Made by a program: the position numbers and the translations under genes
The notes under the pieces: model-generated
Told to the model about the DNA's origin: nothing
The model's input: the letters and a program-made list of their open reading frames with translations, nothing else
The model's database searches: none
Source of the DNA: Aureliella sp.
GTDB taxonomy: Bacteria > Planctomycetota > Planctomycetia > Pirellulales > Pirellulaceae
NCBI GenBank assembly: GCA_963691875.1
Contig: OY829846.1
Coordinates: 2,240,001-2,304,000 of the forward strand
Direction of reading: 5' to 3'
DNA: 64,000 bases
Part shown: positions 20,542 through 30,906 of the stretch, one piece after another
Layout: each line of letters opens with the position of its first letter
Position numbering within the stretch: the stretch's first letter is position 1

Positions 20542-22464
20542 ATGGCCCCTCCACTTTCTCGTTTCACCGGCGTCATCGCATTGGTACTCGTCGCCTTCTC
20601 CTTCATTGTGTTCGCCAGTAATCTGCAAGCAGCCGATCGTCCGAATATCGTGTGGCTGATCTCAGAAGACAATTCCATTCACTACATGGATCTCTACGAC
20701 GAGCACGGAACTAGCACGCCTCGCATCGCGGAACTGGCCAGGCATGGCCTGCAGTTCCAAAACGCATTCTCCAATGCGCCAGTTTGCTCTGTCGCGCGTA
20801 CGACGCTTATGACTTCGTGCTATGGCCCGCGGATCGGCACGCAATTTCACCGGCGGAGTGTGACGGTCCCGATGCCGAGCGACGTCAAGATGTTCCCTGC
20901 CTACCTCCGTGAAGCAGGCTACTACACGACGAACAATCAGAAGAAAGATTACAACGCAGTAGAAACGGAAGGCACTTGGGATGCATCCAATGGCAAAGCA
21001 TCCTGGCGGGGACGCAGAGAGGGACAGCCTTTCTTCCACATGCAGAGCTTTGGCACAACCCACGAAAGCTCGCTGCACTTTTCACAGAATGCCTATGAGA
21101 ACAAAAAGACAAAAACTGATCCAAGTAGTGTTTTCGTTCAGCCCTACTTTCCGCAGACAGATCTATTCCGCTACACGGTCGCGAAGTACCACGACAACAT
21201 GCAGGCTGTGGACCAGCAGATCGGAGCGGTCGTTGATAGGTTGAAAGAAGATGGATTGCTCGACGATACGTTCATTTTCTACTTCGGCGATCACGGTGGC
21301 GTGTTGCCGCGCGGTAAGGGCTACGCGTACGAAAGTGGCCTGCATGTGCCGCTGGTCGTATACGTACCGGAAAACTTCAAGCATCTCGCTTCCTGGGACA
21401 TCGGTTCTAAAGTCGACAGCTTTGTGGAGTTCATTGACTTTGGTGCCACGACATTGAACTTAGCTAGTGTCGAACCAGTCGCTGCGGCTGACGGCAAGCC
21501 GTTTCTCGGCGAGGGGCTCAAGAAGCCAGAACTCGATGCAAGGAACTCCGCTTTTGGCTACGCCGATCGCTTTGACGAAAAATACGATTTGGTCCGCACT
21601 TTGCGAGTTGGCAATTACGAATACATTCGCAACTACCAACCCTTCAATTTTGATGGCTTACAGAACAACTATCGCTATATCATGCTTGCCTATCGTGAAT
21701 GGCGAGAACTGTATCAGGCAGGTGAGCTCAACAAAGAGCAGAGCCTGTTTTTTGAAACGAGACCAACGGAGCAACTTTTTGACATTGAGTCCGACCCTTA
21801 CGAGGTCAATGATCTAGCCCAGGATCCAAATTACGCGTCGGTGCTCAAAAGAATGCGGAAGCAACTGCAGGAGAGAGTCCTAGCTTTGCCCGATTTGAGT
21901 TTCATCCCCGAAAGCATGCTGGCCGAAAAGGCGTTCGATGATCCAGTTGCTTTTGGCAGGACCAATCGGGGCAAGATCGCTCAGTACATCAATATCGCCG
22001 ACATGTCTTTACTGCCGATTCGTCAGGCTCGCGCTGGCATCACGCTGGCTCTCAGCTCAAATGATCCGATTGAACGCTACTGGGCTTTGATCGCTTGCAG
22101 CTGTTTTGGCGAGGAAGCTGCATCTTTCGAACCATCAGCGAGAAGCCTACTAAACGACAAGAATCTCTTGGTTCGCACTCGTGCGGCCGAGTTCTTGGCG
22201 TTGATTGGCAAAGCCGACCCTGCCGAGACTCTGATGCAATGCCTTAAACAAAGTGAGTCGGGCATTCAAACAAATCTGATTCTGAACACTGCTGTTCTGC
22301 TTCGAGATGGTAAGCCTGGTTACGATATCAACGTCACCGTCGAAGACATCCATCCAGAAGCCGCGAAGTTCCAGGACGTGAGGCGCCGCCTCGCGTACTT
22401 TGCGGCAAAAGACGGGATTCCTCAGAACCCGCGCGGAGTACAGTCCAAGAAACGCGAGAAGTAG
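20542..22464 (+). CDS. Sulfatase with a C-terminal helical (HEAT-like) extension
   Basis: RPNIVWLISED, APVCSVAR, GDHGG, YESGLHVPL and EQLFDIESDPYEVNDLA. Confidence 0.92.
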   Translation: MAPPLSRFTGVIALVLVAFSFIVFASNLQAADRPNIVWLISEDNSIHYMDLYDEHGTSTPRIAELARHGLQFQNAFSNAPVCSVARTTLMTSCYGPRIGTQFHRRSVTVPMPSDVKMFPAYLREAGYYTTNNQKKDYNAVETEGTWDASNGKASWRGRREGQPFFHMQSFGTTHESSLHFSQNAYENKKTKTDPSSVFVQPYFPQTDLFRYTVAKYHDNMQAVDQQIGAVVDRLKEDGLLDDTFIFYFGDHGGVLPRGKGYAYESGLHVPLVVYVPENFKHLASWDIGSKVDSFVEFIDFGATTLNLASVEPVAAADGKPFLGEGLKKPELDARNSAFGYADRFDEKYDLVRTLRVGNYEYIRNYQPFNFDGLQNNYRYIMLAYREWRELYQAGELNKEQSLFFETRPTEQLFDIESDPYEVNDLAQDPNYASVLKRMRKQLQERVLALPDLSFIPESMLAEKAFDDPVAFGRTNRGKIAQYINIADMSLLPIRQARAGITLALSSNDPIERYWALIACSCFGEEAASFEPSARSLLNDKNLLVRTRAAEFLALIGKADPAETLMQCLKQSESGIQTNLILNTAVLLRDGKPGYDINVTVEDIHPEAAKFQDVRRRLAYFAAKDGIPQNPRGVQSKKREK

Positions 22465-22633
22465 GCGCGTGTCAGAATACAATCTGTAGAACTTAACGAG
22501 CAAGACTCTGTTACGGCTCTGCATCATCGGTAGATTGACACTTCTCGGCGCAGCAAAATTCCTGCTACAGCGGGCAGATTGCATCAAGAAGGGGGCGCGT
22601 GCTGGCGTTACGATAGCGGAGCGATCGGCGACT

Positions 22634-22987
22634 CTATTCGGCATCCGGCTCGGGTTCAAACAAAGTGCAAATCACGCCAGCAGGATCAGCGATCATGCAG
22701 TACCAGGCTGCTCCCGCGCAGCGGATCGCATCTTTGATCTCTCCGCCGTTGTCTTGAACGGCTTTCAAGCTTGCATCTAGATCGTCCACGTTGATGTAAA
22801 TCATCCACTCCGGAGGAATATCAGCGTTCGGACCGCGCGCGTCGCAGATGCCCGCTACGACATTCTTCTCGTCCGGACCTACGAATAAGTCGTCATAGTC
22901 TTCGACCGGAAATTCCAACTTGGACCATCCAGCCACTCTTCCGTAAAAATCACTCACCTCACGAGCGTTCTCCACGGCAAGGTCCAT
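22634..22987 (-). CDS. VOC/glyoxalase family protein (5' end appears damaged)
   Basis: WMDLAV...FYGRVAGW, WMIYINVDDLDASL...GG and IADPAG. Confidence 0.85.
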   Translation of the reverse strand: MDLAVENAREVSDFYGRVAGWSKLEFPVEDYDDLFVGPDEKNVVAGICDARGPNADIPPEWMIYINVDDLDASLKAVQDNGGEIKDAIRCAGAAWYCMIADPAGVICTLFEPEPDAE

Positions 22988-23147
22988 CCATTCGACGCAC
23001 CCAAGTCTTTCACTTCTCGGCTTATTCCCTCGCCGAGCTCTTTCTTTTAAGAAACTAGAATCACAGCCCGACGCATGAGCGAAGATTGCCGCTCAGCGAG
23101 CGGGAAACGCACTGTCCATCCGGTCGATTACGCTCTCGATTGCGAGA

Positions 23148-24386
23148 CTATTCTGACCTGTCCCCAAACTCCTCATACCGCTCTCGAACACCCGGGATAA
23201 TACGAAAAGCGTTCTCGAAATAAACCTTTTTCAGAACTTCATCTGGCAGATAGACTCCGTAAATTCGCCAAAAACCTTGCGGCGGAAAAGGCTTTTCGGA
23301 GTAAGGGAAATACTCATCCTGTGTTTCCAGAAATCGCCAGTAGTATCGATATCGTTGCTCGGGCCAGGGGCCATCCGTGCCGAACATGATTCTATCCTGA
23401 TTGCGGATCAGAAACTCGCGAGCAGAGTAAGGTTGACGACCAAGTTCGCTGATTCGCGATGCGATTTCCAATACGACATTAGGATGTTGCGTCAGTAGGT
23501 CTTCCGCTTGCTGAAGATCCTCACCGTCATTGCCCAAATGCGCGGCGATAAATGTCGTTTGTGGGTGCTTTGCATACAGACGACTCCGCGCAGCGTGCAG
23601 ATCATCGCGGCCCGGGAACTTCTCTGGCGGGAAATGCCAATCCGGATGTCGGGACAACTCTTCGTATCGCTCGTTCTCCGGAGTGATCGGATCAAAGAAC
23701 GCACTCGGATCCGCCGTATGTATAATTACGGGCAAGCCCAAGCGCCCACAAGCTTGCCAAATGCGATCGAAACGCGAATCGTCCACCTCGATGAGCGTGC
23801 CATCGGGGTTGCGGTAGGCGAGGCCAAACATTTTAAAGACCTTAACGCCACTAATCCCCTTCTCTGCAGCATCTTCTAATTGCATCACGGTGCGTCGAGC
23901 AAAATCGGGTTGATGACAGTCCCAGGTTTCTGGCTTATCGCGCTGGCCTTTGCCAATCCAATCGATATTCGCAAAGATCGCAAATCGCGAGCGATATTCT
24001 GTCCACAGGTATTTCATGTGTGCGTCGAGACGATCACCGAGTCGTCCATCGAGGCTCACCGAAACTGCAATCTGATTGCGGTCCATCAATGCAACGAAAG
24101 CTTTCAGTTGCTGAGGATCATGACGCAAGCGAATGTAAAAATGCGAGTGCACGTCGATGACGGGAAACTTGGCGTGCTGCAAGTCGGTAAATTTTCCGCG
24201 CAGTTTTGGCTTCGGAAAGAACTTGGCCAAGGGCAGATCAGCTTGGCTTTCGAACTCTGGCGACTCTTGTCCAGAAAGCCTATTGCTATGGAAATTCGCC
24301 AGTACGCAAACCATCAAGCCGATCAGGAACGGCAACCGCGAGTACCTACGCTGACTTGCTTGGCGACGTACAATGGTCCTCGGCAT
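23148..24386 (-). CDS. Amidohydrolase family 2 protein, secreted
   Basis: IDVHSH, PVIIHTADP, FIAAHLGN and DRIMFGTDG. Confidence 0.9.
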   Translation of the reverse strand: MPRTIVRRQASQRRYSRLPFLIGLMVCVLANFHSNRLSGQESPEFESQADLPLAKFFPKPKLRGKFTDLQHAKFPVIDVHSHFYIRLRHDPQQLKAFVALMDRNQIAVSVSLDGRLGDRLDAHMKYLWTEYRSRFAIFANIDWIGKGQRDKPETWDCHQPDFARRTVMQLEDAAEKGISGVKVFKMFGLAYRNPDGTLIEVDDSRFDRIWQACGRLGLPVIIHTADPSAFFDPITPENERYEELSRHPDWHFPPEKFPGRDDLHAARSRLYAKHPQTTFIAAHLGNDGEDLQQAEDLLTQHPNVVLEIASRISELGRQPYSAREFLIRNQDRIMFGTDGPWPEQRYRYYWRFLETQDEYFPYSEKPFPPQGFWRIYGVYLPDEVLKKVYFENAFRIIPGVRERYEEFGDRSE

Positions 24387-24435
24387 GCAAATGCTCTCCA
24401 GGTAACGCGAACAAATATCAAAAGCGATCTAGCCA

Positions 24436-25518
24436 GTGGACCTTCCTAAGTACGATCCCCAGCAAAGTTATCAATGGAATTATGATAACGCACCGAGTCC
24501 GGATAGCGCAGCGGAATTGCAGTGCGAGGATTCGGTTCTCGATGAGTTCTTTGCCAGGGGGACTTGGACCTATTGCGGCCTACCTTCTCTCTCACCCATC
24601 GGCATGCCGGCCGGTCCGCTGCTTAATGGGAAGTGGTTGCTCTACTACGCAAATCTTGGTTTCGATGTGTTGACCTACAAGACCGTTCGCAGCCGAAAGC
24701 GAGCCTGTTATCCGTTACCGAACTTGCAGCCTATTCAAGAACAAGTCGTACACCCGAACCAGCGAGTTCACGCTAGTCACAAATCGGACAGTTGGGCGAT
24801 CTCGTTTGGAATGCCATCGATGGCGCCCGAGGTTTGGCGAAACGATCTGGAATGGACACGTGAGCAATTGCCAGAAGGTAAGATCTTGAGTGTCTCCGTG
24901 GTAGCCACGGCTGAGCCAGACTGGACGCTGGAACAAGTTGCCGACGACTACGCTCAATGCGCCAGATGGGCCGCCGAGAGTGGAGCGGAATGTGTCGAGC
25001 TGAATTTTTCTTGTCCCAATGTCGCATCCGTGGACGGACAACTGGATCGAGATCCTGCTTCGGCAAGACAAATTTTGGAGCATGTCCGGAGCTTGATTCC
25101 CGAAACGAAGCTCTTGATCAAAGTCGGGTTCATTGACGAGCCTCAGCAAGCGCTGGAACTCTTAAGCGCCACCACCGGTTTACTAGATGGGATTGCGACG
25201 ACCAACTGCTTGGCTTGCTCGGTTCAAGCGAATCCGGGTGAGCTGAGTGAGATTTCAGGGCTTTTGTTTGAAGGTGAGAAGCGTGGGATTGGCGGAGCAG
25301 CTATTCGATACGCCGCGGTCGACCAAGTGGCCTTACTGCGAAGCTGCATTGATGAATTGCAACTGCCGATTTCAGTGATCGGTGTCGGAGGTGTCTCCAC
25401 ACGAGAACACGTTAAAGCGTCGCTAGAGGCGGGCGCTGAATCGGTTCAGCTTGCTACTGCCGCAATGCTAGATCCATTGGTGGGCTTGAGGCTGAAGAAC
25501 TTGCTGCCAGCGCAATGA
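24436..25518 (+). CDS. Dihydroorotate dehydrogenase-like FMN TIM-barrel oxidoreductase
   Basis: PIGMPAGPL, GFDVLTYKT, ELNFSCPN, VIGVGGV and AGAESVQLATA. Confidence 0.85.
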   Translation: MDLPKYDPQQSYQWNYDNAPSPDSAAELQCEDSVLDEFFARGTWTYCGLPSLSPIGMPAGPLLNGKWLLYYANLGFDVLTYKTVRSRKRACYPLPNLQPIQEQVVHPNQRVHASHKSDSWAISFGMPSMAPEVWRNDLEWTREQLPEGKILSVSVVATAEPDWTLEQVADDYAQCARWAAESGAECVELNFSCPNVASVDGQLDRDPASARQILEHVRSLIPETKLLIKVGFIDEPQQALELLSATTGLLDGIATTNCLACSVQANPGELSEISGLLFEGEKRGIGGAAIRYAAVDQVALLRSCIDELQLPISVIGVGGVSTREHVKASLEAGAESVQLATAAMLDPLVGLRLKNLLPAQ

Positions 25519-25721
25519 GGCTTTCATTCGAGCTCGGATGATTTGTCCGTTATCGAAAAGAAGTGAAGACTCGAGCACCGCCTCGCTGAGTCCGAGTAAG
25601 AGCACCGCCAATGTTCGTGCTCCTAGTCTTCAAAAGCTCTTAAGAAAAACGTTTCGGGTCACACAGCCGTCACCCCAAAATTGATTCCGTATCAACGCTG
25701 GCCTACGAAGATAGGTTGTCT

Positions 25722-25961
25722 TCATAGGTGCGTTGGCCACTCCGTGACGGGTGGATCGACCACGCTAGAGTCAGCTTCGTAATGAAGCATCTGTTTGGCG
25801 GAGCCTTCCATCTCAGGCTCTTGAACCTCCTGCGAATAACCGCAGGGGCCATAGTGCTCAGCGTACTGGTGCGTGTCCTTGGTGGCGGCAAAAGACGCGT
25901 AAAGGGCAACCGGAACCAGTAGCAGGATCACGGCGACGATGATCGTTACAGTCCAATTCAT
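25722..25961 (-). CDS. Small single-pass membrane or secreted protein (79 aa)
   Basis: AAAGGAG RBS 6 nt before ATG; MNWTVTIIVAVILLLVPVALYA hydrophobic N-terminus. Confidence 0.7.
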   Translation of the reverse strand: MNWTVTIIVAVILLLVPVALYASFAATKDTHQYAEHYGPCGYSQEVQEPEMEGSAKQMLHYEADSSVVDPPVTEWPTHL

Positions 25962-26274
25962 GTTTTGCTCCTTTCCATTAAGCGGGAGCTGCGAAACTTT
26001 CGACTTGCTCCTATGGCTAATGGTCGAAATCTTGGCCCGGCTAGTCGGTTTTCCCGTCAAAACCTTGTGAAAGCTTGGATTTGCAAGAAACAAGATGTCG
26101 GAAAACTCCGCGGAGAAGGCAAAAACATGCTTGCTGAAAACTAGCGTTAGCAACCCGACCAAGAAAACTGAAAAGAGCCGCTCCGTAGAAGACGTCAGAC
26201 TTTCCGCCTGATTGCCACGACAACCAAGGCGCCCCGACGCCTCGCGGCGATGCGGCTCACTAAACATAAAACCG

Positions 26275-27621
26275 CTATCCGCGGAGTCCCCATCGGATGA
26301 TTTCGGAAAGCTTGGGTGTCTTGCCCTGCCACAAAATACCAACTCGAAAAATGCGTCCGGCAAGCATGACGACAAAAACCGTCGCAAGCGAAGTGAGAAC
26401 AACACCTAGAATCGGTTGCCAGATTGGGATGGTCTGTCCCGTGCTCATACGTAGTAGCATTGTCGTTGGCGTGACGGGAGGAATGAGTGAGAACCAAGTG
26501 GCTACACTGCCATTCGGATCTTGCACAATGAAGATCCAAATGAACATTGGCGCCATCAATAACATCCAGACGGGAAGCAGCATCGACTGAGCTTCCTTCA
26601 GTTGTGTCACACTTGCCCCAACGGCTAGGAAGAGCGAAGCGTAGAAAAGCACGCCAAGCACTTGGAAGATGACGAACCAGGGTAAAGTAGCGACCGGGAA
26701 ACTCGCGGTATACCCCTGCTTCATGGCAACAAAGAAAATACCTGATGCGTAAATCGTGAAAATCGTCACCGAGCCAGCCACCGACCCCAAGAGCTTTCCG
26801 CTCATCAGTTGAAATGGATTCGCACTCCCGAGTAACACTTCAGCAATTCGCTGCGACTTCTCTTCCAAGACGCTTTCCAGCATTGGTTGCGAAGCCATGA
26901 AAATGATCATGAACATTAGCATCATCACGCCCATCGGCAGGAAGATCGCAGTCAGCTCGTCCTTTTCCTTAGCATCCGTCACACTGCCATCACTGGCTTG
27001 GCTCACTAGACCTAATCCTTGCACCTGAACAGGTAGACTTGCTTGAGCCACAATGGTTGGATCGATGTTCGCATTCGCGAGGCGTTCGTTCTTCACAGCG
27101 CCCGCAATGACGCCTTGAATCCATCGTCTGGCTGGTGAAAGCCCCGAGTCCTGCGAATAGAACTTGACTGGATTTTCCGTGGGCGAAGAAACGATGCCTT
27201 CCGGAATCTCAATAAATCCATATAGCTCCTGATTGCGTACTTTGTTGGAAAGTTCGATAAGCAACTCGTCTGTCAGTGGGCCTTCCTGTTTCTCGAGCAA
27301 AAACTTTTCGGCTTTGTTAAAGGAGGGTCCACCTCCACCGATGTCGGAATCTCCGCCCATTGGGTTTCCATTCTCATCGAACATTTCGTCGATCATCGTG
27401 TTGCGGCCGGCAGCGGCAACTTCAAGCACTGAATACATTTGACCGCTTGAATCGGCGACGACGATCTTGCGTTCTTTGACTTCGCCAACGTTGTTGAGAA
27501 GTCGAATCGCAAACAAACCGCCGAGCATCAAAATCGGCATCATTACGATGGATAGCAAGAATGTCTTTGTCGCCACCATGGCTTTGTATTCGCGGAGCGC
27601 GATAGTGAGAATTTTGTTCAT
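26275..27621 (-). CDS. ABC-2 type permease (NatB/YhaP-like)
   Basis: IALREY, SVLEEKSQRIAEVLL and LMSGKLLG; 6 C-terminal TMs; 4-nt overlap with the ATPase gene. Confidence 0.92.
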   Translation of the reverse strand: MNKILTIALREYKAMVATKTFLLSIVMMPILMLGGLFAIRLLNNVGEVKERKIVVADSSGQMYSVLEVAAAGRNTMIDEMFDENGNPMGGDSDIGGGGPSFNKAEKFLLEKQEGPLTDELLIELSNKVRNQELYGFIEIPEGIVSSPTENPVKFYSQDSGLSPARRWIQGVIAGAVKNERLANANIDPTIVAQASLPVQVQGLGLVSQASDGSVTDAKEKDELTAIFLPMGVMMLMFMIIFMASQPMLESVLEEKSQRIAEVLLGSANPFQLMSGKLLGSVAGSVTIFTIYASGIFFVAMKQGYTASFPVATLPWFVIFQVLGVLFYASLFLAVGASVTQLKEAQSMLLPVWMLLMAPMFIWIFIVQDPNGSVATWFSLIPPVTPTTMLLRMSTGQTIPIWQPILGVVLTSLATVFVVMLAGRIFRVGILWQGKTPKLSEIIRWGLRG

Positions 27622-28544
27622 GCTACCAACTCCTCGTTTTCCTCAGGCTGATTCTCGCTCGGCTTGGCGATACTGACAAAAATGTCGTGCAACGATGGCT
27701 TGACGATTTCGAAGTGCTGGAGATCGCCCGTTTGCACCAGCTGTTGCAACAATTCTTGCGATCTCGACGGATCGACAAGCTGAGCGTCAAAGTAACGACC
27801 TTTGGCTTGCAGCTGCTCAACACCAGAGATATCTGGCCACTCGCGTTGCTGGCCGAAAGCAACGCGAACACGATCGCTGGCATAATTGGCACGAATTTCG
27901 TTCATCGTGCCGTCGAGCACTTTGTTGCCTCGGAAGATCATGAATACCGAGTCGCACATTTGCTCGGCCATATCCATGTCGTGCGTAGAAAAGATGATTG
28001 TCGTACCATGTTCACGCAGAGAAAGGATCGCCTCTCGCAATGATTCCATGTTCACTGGATCTAGCCCGCTAAAGGGTTCGTCCAGAATCACCAATTCAGG
28101 TTTGGCAACGACGGCAGAAATAAACTGAATCTTCTGCGCCATGCCTTTCGAGAGTGAGTCGATTTTCTTGTTTACCCAATCGGTAGCTCCCAGACGCTCT
28201 AGCCACATGTCGATTTCGGGCTTGCAGTCCTTATACCCCTTGAGCTGCGCGTAGTAAGTCAGAAGCTCGCGGACTTTCATCCGTTTGTAGAGCCCCCGTT
28301 CTTCGGGCAGGTAGCCAAGCCGATCGTCGGCTGTATCCCCTTGAGGCCTGCCGAGTACGACGACTTCGCCGGAATCCGGCTGAAAGATTCGCAATATCAT
28401 TCGTAGCGTTGTCGTCTTGCCGCTACCGTTTGGGCCGATAAAGCCGTAGATGGAACCTTGAGGAACTGTCAGATCGACGTCGTTTACAGCGACGTTCTTT
28501 CCGAAGGTCTTCCTGACGCGACGGAGTTCTATTGCATTTGTCAT
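27618..28544 (-). CDS. ABC transporter ATP-binding protein (NatA/YhaQ-like)
   Basis: GPNGSGKTT, LSKGMAQK, LVILDEPFSGLDP and PSLHDIFV. Confidence 0.95.
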   Translation of the reverse strand: MTNAIELRRVRKTFGKNVAVNDVDLTVPQGSIYGFIGPNGSGKTTTLRMILRIFQPDSGEVVVLGRPQGDTADDRLGYLPEERGLYKRMKVRELLTYYAQLKGYKDCKPEIDMWLERLGATDWVNKKIDSLSKGMAQKIQFISAVVAKPELVILDEPFSGLDPVNMESLREAILSLREHGTTIIFSTHDMDMAEQMCDSVFMIFRGNKVLDGTMNEIRANYASDRVRVAFGQQREWPDISGVEQLQAKGRYFDAQLVDPSRSQELLQQLVQTGDLQHFEIVKPSLHDIFVSIAKPSENQPEENEELVA

Positions 28545-28974
28545 TAGAGGTCGGATGAGAGAAGGATTAACGAGCCAAATCTTACGGAGATTTTTGGTCT
28601 TTGATGAATCGAGGATTCGCCACGTCGGCATATTGGCCTATAAAACGCATTTGAAAGGCGCGAAAACTAGCGACAAAAGCGACATCGCTTGACTCTTCTA
28701 CTGCGCTCGTCTGTTACTTAGTGAGGTTCACAGAAGACCCTTCGCTCCGCCACACAACATCTTGGTAAACTGCGTACCGCCGTCTCTAAGGCCCCGAAAA
28801 TCGGATTTGACTCGAACTTGAATCTCAGAACTTCTGCTGCACGCAGGTTCCAAGAAGGACTAATAGCAAAGTCCACTACGTCAGTTGGTGTTAAGCGTTA
28901 CAATGCTCGATAATCGCTTGCGTGAAGCAGACCGCGCACGAGTGCTTTGAAGCCAACCTTCTCGGAAGACCACA

Positions 28975-29895
28975 GTGCCCAAAATTCGGATTGGAACTAG
29001 AGGAAGCAAGCTTGCGATGTGGCAGGCTGAATGGGTCGCTGGCCAGTTGACCGAGCGGGGAAATGAAGTTGAGCTAATTCAAATTTCCACCAAGGGCGAC
29101 GTTTCGCAGGCATCCTTGAGCCAGGTTGGCGGGCAGGGCCTGTTCACCAAAGAGATTCAGAATGAACTTCTCGCCGGCAACGTGGATGTTGCCGTTCACA
29201 GTTTGAAGGATCTTCCTACGGTTGAAGTCCCAGAACTAGAGCTGGCCGCGGTGCCCCAGCGCGAGACGACACTCGATTGTCTTGTGAGCCGCAAGAATCT
29301 GAAATTTGAAGAGCTTCCGCCAGGCTCAATAGTTGGGACAGGTAGCAGCCGTCGGGGTGCACAGCTGTCGGCTTGGCGTGGCGATATTGCAATCAAGGAC
29401 ATCCGTGGCAATGTCGATTCCCGGCTGCGCAAACTCAAGGAAGGACAATACGACGCCATTGTCCTCGCCGCAGCCGGACTCACGAGACTTGGCCTTTACG
29501 AAGAAGTAACGGAAGAACTTTCCCAAGAGCGAGTCCTACCCGCAATCGGGCAAGGTGCTCTAGGGTTAGAATGTCGAGCGGATGACGATTCCACCAAAGA
29601 CGCTTTGACGGGACTCAATCATGAGCCGAGCTTCCATGCTGTTATGGCGGAAAGACAATTGCTCGCGAGCTTGCTAGCCGGTTGCTTGGCGCCAGTCGCA
29701 GCTTTGGGATCGGTCGTTCATGAACAGCTTCAACTAAAGGCGCGTGTCCTCAATACGGAGGGTAGCGAGCTGATTGAAGGTGCTCAAAGCGGAACGCCAG
29801 AGCAAGCCAAACAAATCGGCGAAGGGCTGGCAGAAAGCTTGCGTTCTCAGGGTGCTGAGGAGCTAATCGCCACCGTAAGGCAAGTCGAACAATAA
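28975..29895 (+). CDS. hemC: Hydroxymethylbilane synthase (porphobilinogen deaminase)
   Basis: IGTRGSKLA, GLFTKEI, AVHSLKDLP, GTGSSRR, IRGNVDSRL and PAIGQGALG. Confidence 0.97.
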   Translation: MPKIRIGTRGSKLAMWQAEWVAGQLTERGNEVELIQISTKGDVSQASLSQVGGQGLFTKEIQNELLAGNVDVAVHSLKDLPTVEVPELELAAVPQRETTLDCLVSRKNLKFEELPPGSIVGTGSSRRGAQLSAWRGDIAIKDIRGNVDSRLRKLKEGQYDAIVLAAAGLTRLGLYEEVTEELSQERVLPAIGQGALGLECRADDDSTKDALTGLNHEPSFHAVMAERQLLASLLAGCLAPVAALGSVVHEQLQLKARVLNTEGSELIEGAQSGTPEQAKQIGEGLAESLRSQGAEELIATVRQVEQ

Positions 29896-29922
29896 AGCAT
29901 TCGCTGAACGGACAGTCGAACC

Positions 29923-30708
29923 ATGTTGCAAGAACCACCCCGAAGCCCATACGACCTCAACTTTACGTTTTTGGGCTATCCCGTTCGCGTCTTTTGGGGG
30001 TTCTGGGTCTTGGCGGCGATTGTCGGCTACGACTGGAGTAGAGTACGTGATGCCGAGTTGGGGCAGTTTCAGTTAGAGCCACTGGGTGCGCCGGTGTGTC
30101 TGGCGATTTGGATCGCAGCCCTTTTCCTTTCCATTTTGGTGCACGAATTGGGACATTCGATCGCTTTTGCTCGATTCGGAGTGAGAGCCAATATCGTTTT
30201 GTACCACTTTGGAGGACTAGCCATTCCCAATTCCTTTGGCAGCTGGTCGGGAGCAAGGCAGGGACATGTTGGGCCGCGAGAAAACATGATTATCGCTGCA
30301 GCTGGCCCCGCATTTCAACTTGCTTTGGGCGGAGTAGCAATTCTGATTGCTTACGCGCTTAAAGTCCCCTTGTATCTGCCCATCATTAACTGGTTCTTCG
30401 CGGAAACAACTCCCCAATCGGGAATCGCCTTTGTTGCTCTCAATGCCATTGTATATCCGAGTATTGCTTGGGCCGTACTCAATTTGATCCCGGTCTTTCC
30501 TTTGGACGGAGGGCAGATACTTCGTGGATACTTGATGCAGACCAACGTTGCGAACCCGCAGTACACCACTCACATGATCTCGGTCGCTTGTGGTGCAGCC
30601 TTTGGTTTATACCTACTGATGAATGGTGAGTTCTTCGGAATCATGTTTCTGCTATTTGCTGCCAACAATTTCCAACAGATGCAATACGGCGGTCAGAATC
30701 CCTGGTAA
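29923..30708 (+). CDS. Site-2 protease (M50 family)
   Basis: ILVHELGH, IAAAGP and NLIPVFPLDGG. Confidence 0.93.
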   Translation: MLQEPPRSPYDLNFTFLGYPVRVFWGFWVLAAIVGYDWSRVRDAELGQFQLEPLGAPVCLAIWIAALFLSILVHELGHSIAFARFGVRANIVLYHFGGLAIPNSFGSWSGARQGHVGPRENMIIAAAGPAFQLALGGVAILIAYALKVPLYLPIINWFFAETTPQSGIAFVALNAIVYPSIAWAVLNLIPVFPLDGGQILRGYLMQTNVANPQYTTHMISVACGAAFGLYLLMNGEFFGIMFLLFAANNFQQMQYGGQNPW

Positions 30709-30863
30709 CCGAAGCAAGATTCAAGTACTTGTTCTTGCACTTGGAGTGCGTTGTGAATGCAAAGATAGGAAGTTTGAAAGTTAGATTTTGAAGCTTTCGC
30801 ATTCAATAAAAGATCTAAGTGGAAAATTTGTCAAAAATATATGTTATTTTTGTCGAAAACATA

Positions 30864-30892
30864 TTGCATCGTACGATCAACATCGTACAAAT
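30864..30892 (+). promoter_or_regulatory. Candidate sigma70-like promoter or operator of the histone-like gene
   Basis: TTGCAT-16nt-TACAAA after an AT-rich tract (about 30770-30863); overlapped by two CATCGTAC direct repeats and the palindrome ATCGTACGAT. Confidence 0.4.
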
Positions 30893-30906
30893 AGCAAGCT
30901 AAGGAC

